A stretch of 64,000 nt of DNA from assembly GCA_963816185.1 (NCBI GenBank), contig CAWFJJ010000025.1, positions 552,794 through 616,793 of the forward strand. Direction: 5' to 3'. The notes beneath the pieces are model-generated. The model worked only from the letters and a program-made list of their open reading frames with translations, had not been told where the DNA came from and did not search any database. Positions 57,410 to 64,000 of this stretch are shown in pieces. The position numbers and the translations under genes were made by a program. Position 1 is the first letter of the stretch. Every line of letters begins with the position of its first letter. Source of the stretch: Thermoanaerobaculia bacterium (lineage in GTDB: Bacteria; Acidobacteriota; Thermoanaerobaculia; UBA5066).

Positions 57410-57643
57410 CTACGGGAAGTACCGCTTGACCTTGAGTTCCTTGCGCCCGATGCCGCTCGCTTCATACCAGTGAATCTCCGCGCGATAGGTTAGACCATCG
57501 GCGGCGCGGACGAAAGCGAAGCCCTTCCGCTTAAGCCAGCGCCCCGCACCGTAAGCCCGACGGAGCCGAGCCACCTCACGAATGGCCGCGCCGCGCGCGA
57601 TGGTCTCGATGCCGGTGATCGGAGAGAGAAGCTCGAAATCCAA
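57410..57643 (-). CDS. Small basic hypothetical protein, putative toxin (cassette gene 1)
   Basis: IETIARG..IRE..RL...YG.GRW.KRKG...AEIHWYEASGIGRKELKVK; TTG start. Confidence 0.72.
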   Translation of the reverse strand: MDFELLSPITGIETIARGAAIREVARLRRAYGAGRWLKRKGFAFVRAADGLTYRAEIHWYEASGIGRKELKVKRYFP

Positions 57644-57793
57644 CGTGGCAGCGCTTTCTGCTGCCTAACGATATCGTTTCAATGAAGAGGAGAAAAGGGC
57701 TGTCCTCGCCGACGTGGTCACCGAAGAATCGGGCCACAACGATTAACGGGGTCAACCTCCGAGGAGGTGCCCCAAGCAAGGGAGGACAGCCCG

Positions 57794-58897
57794 ATGAAAT
57801 CTTATGTGGGACTGGACGTTCACAGCAAGTCGAGCGTTTTCATGATTCAGAACGAGCGGGGAGAGGAGCTGGGACGAGGCGAGGTGCCGACCTCTGTGGA
57901 AGGGTTTTCCTCGTTGCGGCTACGTTTCAAGCTTCGCGCCTCGACGCTGGTGGCTCTCGAATCGGGGACGATGGCGTTTTTTGCGGCGCGAAAGCTTAGT
58001 GAGCTGGGGCTTTCACCCGTCGTGGTGGATGCGCGAGAGGTCAGGATCAAAGCCCATCGGCCCCGGCAGAAAAGCGACACGAGAGACGCCGTTGAACTGT
58101 GCGAAGGCCTGCGGCGTGGAATCTACCGGTCGATCGTGCATGTGCCGCCGGAGAAGATCGAGCACCTTAGAAATACCCTCTCGAGGCGCCGCCATTTCGT
58201 GCGTCTCGGGACGGCGCAGATCAACGCGGCGAAAAAGATGCTCCGGAGCGCGGGGCTCTCCGAGCTCAGCCGCCAGCATCTCGGGACCCTTCGCGCGTGG
58301 CAGCGCCTTCTTGGGGCCCTGGTTCCACATCCGCAGGTAAGGAGCTACGTCGAGCTTCACCACCGCGCCTGGCAGACTGCCCTCGAGCAGAAGAACGCGT
58401 GCGAGAAGAGCCTCGAAAGCCAGCACGCCGCCTTCGGCGAAGACCTCGAGAGACTCAAAACCGTTCCAGGAGTCGGGGAGATCGTGGCGCTGACGGCAAT
58501 CGCTGTCTTCTCAGACGCCACGCGCTTTCCGACCGCCAAGCATGCGGCGAGCTACGCGGGGCTCGTCCCGCAAACCTACCAGTCGGGCGAAACGAACCGC
58601 CAGGGCCACATCACCAGGACGGGTTCGCCGGAGCTGCGGGCCATGCTCGTGCAGGCGGCTCACACGGCCAGGCGGCAAAGCAGCCCACTGAATCCGTTTC
58701 TGAGAACTCTCACGTTGCGCCTGGGGACACGCCGCGCTGTCACGGCCGTGGCGCATCGTCTCTGTCGGGTTCTTTACGCGATGCTTCGAGACAAGACGAG
58801 CTTTGATCGATCGATGCTGAAAGCCCACGAGCCGCGCACGGCGGTAAAGGATGCCCGGATCTATCGACTGAAACCTCAAGCGGCAAAGAGCCGCTGA
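57794..58897 (+). CDS. IS110-family DEDD transposase/recombinase
   Basis: Protein identical to copy 1. Confidence 0.95.
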   Translation: MKSYVGLDVHSKSSVFMIQNERGEELGRGEVPTSVEGFSSLRLRFKLRASTLVALESGTMAFFAARKLSELGLSPVVVDAREVRIKAHRPRQKSDTRDAVELCEGLRRGIYRSIVHVPPEKIEHLRNTLSRRRHFVRLGTAQINAAKKMLRSAGLSELSRQHLGTLRAWQRLLGALVPHPQVRSYVELHHRAWQTALEQKNACEKSLESQHAAFGEDLERLKTVPGVGEIVALTAIAVFSDATRFPTAKHAASYAGLVPQTYQSGETNRQGHITRTGSPELRAMLVQAAHTARRQSSPLNPFLRTLTLRLGTRRAVTAVAHRLCRVLYAMLRDKTSFDRSMLKAHEPRTAVKDARIYRLKPQAAKSR

Positions 58898-59094
58898 AGA
58901 CGAAGAAAGGAAAAGCACGCCGCAAATCTTGCCGAGAATCGGGTGGATGACCCTGCTGCTGAGCATTGGGCCGCAGAGCCCGGGATATCGTTTGGGGCGC
59001 CATCCGCTGAAGTGATACGTGGGGCTCTGACCCCGAATGGACGAGTGGCCGGCTGTTTCGTGCGGCGCAAGCAAGAAATTATTCAGCGAGGGGC
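58898..59094 (+). ncRNA. Putative bridge/seek RNA of IS1111-type copy 2
   Basis: Same sequence as 56916-57112 except one substitution. Confidence 0.6.
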
Positions 59095-59170
59095 TTGACA
59101 GGAATCTTCATGGGCAAGCTCAGCGGCGAGCGTAGCGAGTCCGCTGCAGCGCGTTGTTAGGCGGCGCTGA

Positions 59171-60515
59171 CGGGTTCAGTCCGGGCACATGGGTTACAGA
59201 ACGGTCCAGGCACATGGGTGACACAGGGCAGAGTTCGGGCGGGAGGAGAAACGCCCGATGCCCTGGAAGGAGACGACACCCGTGGCCGAGAGGATGCAGA
59301 GCCTGGTGGATTATCGAAGCGGGCTTTTCACGGTGAGCTTTCTGGCCGAGCGGCACGGCGTGAGCCGCAAGACGCTCTACAAGTGGATCGAGAGATTCGA
59401 GGCGGAAGGTGTGGCAGGGCTCGAGGACCAGGTGCGCCGGCCGCACTGGCACCCGAATCAGACCGCTGGGGATGTCGAGTCGGCCATCACTGAGTTTCGA
59501 CGCAAACACCCCGACTGGGGCCCGAAGAAGATCGTCCACGTGCTGGCGACGCGCGACCAGGAGACGAGCTGGCCGGCACGAAGCACGGTGGCGGCGATTC
59601 TCAAGAGACACGGGCTCGTGAAGGCGCGGCGCCGCAGACGGCCCGTCGGGCATCCGGGACGTCCGATGACGGTGGCTGAGAAGGCGAATGCGCTGTGGGC
59701 CACGGACTTCAAGGGCGAGTTCCTGACGGGCGACGGGATCTACTGCTACCCGCTGACGGTGAGCGACCTCTATAGCCGATACCTCATCGGGTGCAGAGGG
59801 CTGCTCTCGACGAAGGCGGACGGCGTGAAGAAAAGCTTCGAACGGCTGTTTCGCGAACATGGATTGCCCGATGCGATCCGAAGCGACAACGGGGTTCCGT
59901 TTGCGTCGACGGGCCTGGGGCGGCTCTCGCGCCTCTCGGTGTGGTGGATCAAGCTGGGAATCAGGCCCGAGCTCACGCAGCCGGCCCACCCCGAGCAGAA
60001 CGGCTCGCACGAGAGGATGCATCGCACGCTCAAGCGGGCGACGACTCACCCCGTGGGGCGCGACCTCAGAGGCCAGCAGAAACGCTTCGACGCCTTCCAG
60101 CTGGAGTTCAACACCGAGCGGCCCCACGAAAGCATCGGCATGAAACGGCCCGCCGATCTTTACCGTCCTTCACTGCGCACGTTCCCGTCCAAGCTCGCAC
60201 CCATCGAGTACCCGGGCCACTTCGAGGTCAGGCGCGTCAGCCGCAACGGCGGGATCCGCTGGAAGACGGGCTGGCTCAGCGTCAGCCACCCCCTGATCGA
60301 CGAGTACGTCGGGCTCGAGGAGGTCGACGACGGCATCTGGAACCTGTACTTCGGTTCGCTACTGCTGGGGCGCTTCGACGAGCGCGACAAGAAACTCTAT
60401 GCAGCCTTCTATGAACACCGGCCTTGGCATCGCGGCGGCCGCACTGGGCGCGGGGCTGAGAGCTCTACGCAAGAAGATTTCCACGATCTCCACAGCACGA
60501 CGACGACGAGGTAAC
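59171..60515 (+). mobile_element. IS481-family insertion sequence, copy 2 (right end removed by IS3 insertion)
   Basis: Matches copy 1 from cgggttcagtcc to just after the tnp stop. The right terminal repeats are absent. Confidence 0.85.
59258..60514 (+). CDS. IS481-family DDE transposase
   Basis: Two aa differences from copy 1 (M/V, R/G). Confidence 0.92.
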   Translation: MPWKETTPVAERMQSLVDYRSGLFTVSFLAERHGVSRKTLYKWIERFEAEGVAGLEDQVRRPHWHPNQTAGDVESAITEFRRKHPDWGPKKIVHVLATRDQETSWPARSTVAAILKRHGLVKARRRRRPVGHPGRPMTVAEKANALWATDFKGEFLTGDGIYCYPLTVSDLYSRYLIGCRGLLSTKADGVKKSFERLFREHGLPDAIRSDNGVPFASTGLGRLSRLSVWWIKLGIRPELTQPAHPEQNGSHERMHRTLKRATTHPVGRDLRGQQKRFDAFQLEFNTERPHESIGMKRPADLYRPSLRTFPSKLAPIEYPGHFEVRRVSRNGGIRWKTGWLSVSHPLIDEYVGLEEVDDGIWNLYFGSLLLGRFDERDKKLYAAFYEHRPWHRGGRTGRGAESSTQEDFHDLHSTTTTR

Positions 60516-60545
60516 TGAAACGCCCCGGGTTCTCCGGAGACCTGT

Positions 60546-61777
<1,232 letters not shown>

Positions 61778-61827
61778 GGCTCCATCCTCTCAAGTGTTGG
61801 AGCCTCCGGAAATGCCGGGGCGATTCA

Positions 61828-62602
61828 CCTTAGTTCTTACGGGGCCTACGATGACCTGTTCCGTGCCCTCCAAGACGTTTACGCCCAGGAGATCGAGCGA
61901 ACTGCGACCACGGCTCCGGATGATGCTTCCAGCCGTGATCTAGGGCAACACTTGGCGATTCTTTATGCCCGTCGGGTACTCCCAGATGATGGCGCGTTTC
62001 TGCATCGGTTTTTTGCTCTGGCTTCAGACGCTGTTCGCGCAGATACCATCGCTTTCATCGGCCGGGTACTTCACGCCGAGAAGAATCGGCGATTGCCGGA
62101 TGTTCGAGAGCGATTCGAGGGATTCTGGCGAGAAAGGCTAGCCTCGCTCCGCGGCGCACCTGGGGGCTCGTTGCTGGAACTGGCGGCCTTTGGATCGTGG
62201 CTCGCGGCCGACGCAGTTGATCCCGGAGTAACCGGCCTTCTCCTTCTTGATTCAGCCCGCCTCCGAGGCGGCTTGCCGGTGTCCTACGGTCTTCTAACCC
62301 AGCTGGTGGCCTTTGCTCCGAAGTACCCGGAGATGGCTCTCGATCTACTTGAACAGTTCCTCGATGGCGAAGGTGATTCAGACAAGTTCTCGTGGCATGA
62401 CCGAGAGATTCGCCCGATTCTCGTCGCCGCACGGGACGCTGGAGGGGGTGAAATCAAGCCGCAGTTGACGCGCGTCATCAGCAGACTAGGTGCCCGAGGT
62501 TCGCCGGTTTTCGTTTCCGTGCTGAAGGCAGGCGCCTCGGCGGAGGGAGGCGAGGGATCAAGACACTCGCCTACGCCGCCGCCCGGCGGCGAAGTCCAGT
62601 AG
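61828..62602 (+). pseudogene. 3' remnant of a larger helical protein gene, truncated by the IS3 element
   Basis: About 257 open codons run from the IS end with no start of their own. AT-richer codon usage than the core genes. Confidence 0.6.
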
Positions 62603-62862
62603 TAGTGCCCTTCGTGTCACCCGTTGCGGTCGTACCGGGGGAGGACCTATGGTGCCGCGACCACTCGTGTGAACGGCCTCGCAGACCTCCTACCTTTTCA
62701 GCCTCTGCGCGACCGCGATATCACGCGCCGTGGTGGAGCTGAGTCGCCCGACCGCGCACCGAATCCTTGGTGCGGAGCACTCTCGGCGTCGCTGACCGTT
62801 CGCGGATTGAACGCAAGCCGAGCCGGTACATACTGACGTCGGAAACGAGGAGGAGGACCGCC

Positions 62863-63445
62863 ATGTCAAATACGATCCTGATGCTGGTGGGCGACTTCGT
62901 GGAGGACTACGAGGTGATGGTGCCGTTCCAGGCGCTCCAGATGGTGGGTCACACCGTCCACGCCGTCTGCCCGGGGAAGAAGGCGGGCGAGAAGGTGCGG
63001 ACGGCGGTCCACGACTTCGAGGGGGACCAGACCTACAGCGAGAAGCCGGGCCACAACTTCGCCCTCAACTTCTCCTTTGCGACGTGAAGGAGGCTGGATA
63101 CGACGCGCTCGTGATCCCGGGGGGGCGCGCGCCGGAGTACCTGCGGCTGAATCCCCGCGTCCTCGAGATCGTCCGGCACTTCATGACGAGGGAAAGCCGG
63201 TCGCGGCGATCTGCCACGGCGCGCAGATTCTCGCGGCGGCCGGGGTGCTCGAAGGGAGGAAGTGCTCCGCCTATCCGGCGGTCGGCCCGGAGGTGACGCG
63301 GGCCGGGGGCAACTATGCCGAGATCGCTGTGGATCAGGCCGTGACGGAAGGGAACCTTGTCACGGCGCCCGCGTGGCCGGCGCACCCCGTCTGGCTGTCG
63401 CAGTTCACGAAGCTCCTCGAGTCGCGCGTTCCGGCCCATTCGTGA
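62863..63445 (+). pseudogene. DJ-1/PfpI family protein with two frameshifts (about 63080 and 63187)
   Basis: [17 protein letters not shown] / [16 protein letters not shown] / [22 protein letters not shown] in three successive frames. Strong RBS. The frameshifts may be assembly errors. Confidence 0.85.
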
Positions 63446-63544
63446 GGGGAAGGGCGTGACCCAGATCGCCCGCGCCGTCGGGCTCTCGCGACCGACCGTG
63501 ACCGCATCCTCGCCGCGTAGAGCAGCGAGCGAGTAGCTGCAGCG

Positions 63545-64000
63545 TCAAAGATAACGCTGCCAGTGAGCCCGATGCATCGGGCCGAGGCGAAAGTTCGGAG
63601 GATTTGCCTTGTCAAGCAGTTCCTCCGAGCCCAAGAAACAGTGCCAGTGAAGACTATGCGGGTTGTAGGTAAACACGAGCCAGACGTCCACGAGGTGCTT
63701 TATGCCGATTTCGCCTTCCGCCCGAAGAAAGGCGATGTAGAGGTCCTGGTGACTGACGAGCTGGAAATCAGCCGAGTCCACGACGAGGACGGTTCGTGCC
63801 CCCTGCTTCCGGTAGTCCAGCAGGCGCTCGCGTTTGTGATTGAGAGCCCGCTGCATGGTGGCGAGAAGATCGATCCCGCGTTTGATCTTGGAAGGGCTGG
63901 TCACCGCGACGGAGAATGGGATGCGCAGCTCATCCTGCCGAAGGAGCCAGAATGGGAATGGAACTTCGGCAATGGCGTGCTCGGACCTTCCCGCAGTGGA
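63545..64000 (-). CDS. Hypothetical protein (5' end beyond window)
   Basis: Frame is open from the window edge to the stop at 63545. No family recognised. Confidence 0.55.
   Translation of the reverse strand, partial: STAGRSEHAIAEVPFPFWLLRQDELRIPFSVAVTSPSKIKRGIDLLATMQRALNHKRERLLDYRKQGARTVLVVDSADFQLVSHQDLYIAFLRAEGEIGIKHLVDVWLVFTYNPHSLHWHCFLGSEELLDKANPPNFRLGPMHRAHWQRYL

Larger units (their letters stand above)
57676..59115 (+). mobile_element. IS110-family, IS1111-type insertion sequence, copy 2
   Basis: Near-identical to copy 1 at a 1982-bp offset, with a few substitutions (cttagt/ctcagt, tcaccc/tcgccc, aagaaatt/aagacatt). Confidence 0.9.
57663..59162 (-). other. attC site interrupted by IS1111-type copy 2 (halves 57663-57675 and 59116-59162)
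   Basis: Same junctions as copy 1. The reconstituted attC differs by one base (cgtagc vs cgcagc). Confidence 0.85.

Noticed and set aside
55681-60515. Duplicated IS110 and IS481 blocks as an assembly artefact
   Set aside because: Copies differ by several mostly synonymous substitutions and have different flanks, favouring real insertions. Read support is still desirable.

Overview
High-GC bacterial chromosome segment. Its gene content and secreted-protein architectures suggest Acidobacteriota/Thermoanaerobaculia (inference). 1-50.7 kb is mostly core genome: ppdK, an RNB ribonuclease, an anaerobic purine/urate-catabolism-type operon (Se-dependent Xdh-like, two PLP enzymes, SsnA-, YgfK-, YgeW- and YgeY-like), sua5, a MacAB-type ABC system, proBA, vapBC, mutL, rhomboid-like/NfeD/flotillin, two ECF sigma/anti-sigma modules, typA and pcnB. 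From about 50.7 kb there is a minus-strand integron cassette array with no integrase in the window and six recognisable attC sites (two intact, two degenerate, two IS-interrupted). Two near-identical IS110/IS1111-type elements sit at the same base of two attC sites. Their 3' non-coding region folds into a bridge/seek-RNA-like loop whose two arms match the attC target. Two IS481-type elements lie 6-8 bp from attC ends, and an IS3-family element truncates the array. Separately, an AT-rich palindrome TTCTWAGAA (consensus GATTTCTTAGAAAG in purine-rich tracts) recurs 8 times in the core region, both inside and between genes, and none of the annotated features explains it. Five single frameshifts in otherwise intact genes are probably assembly errors. 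All family assignments come from motif recognition; no database searches were run.
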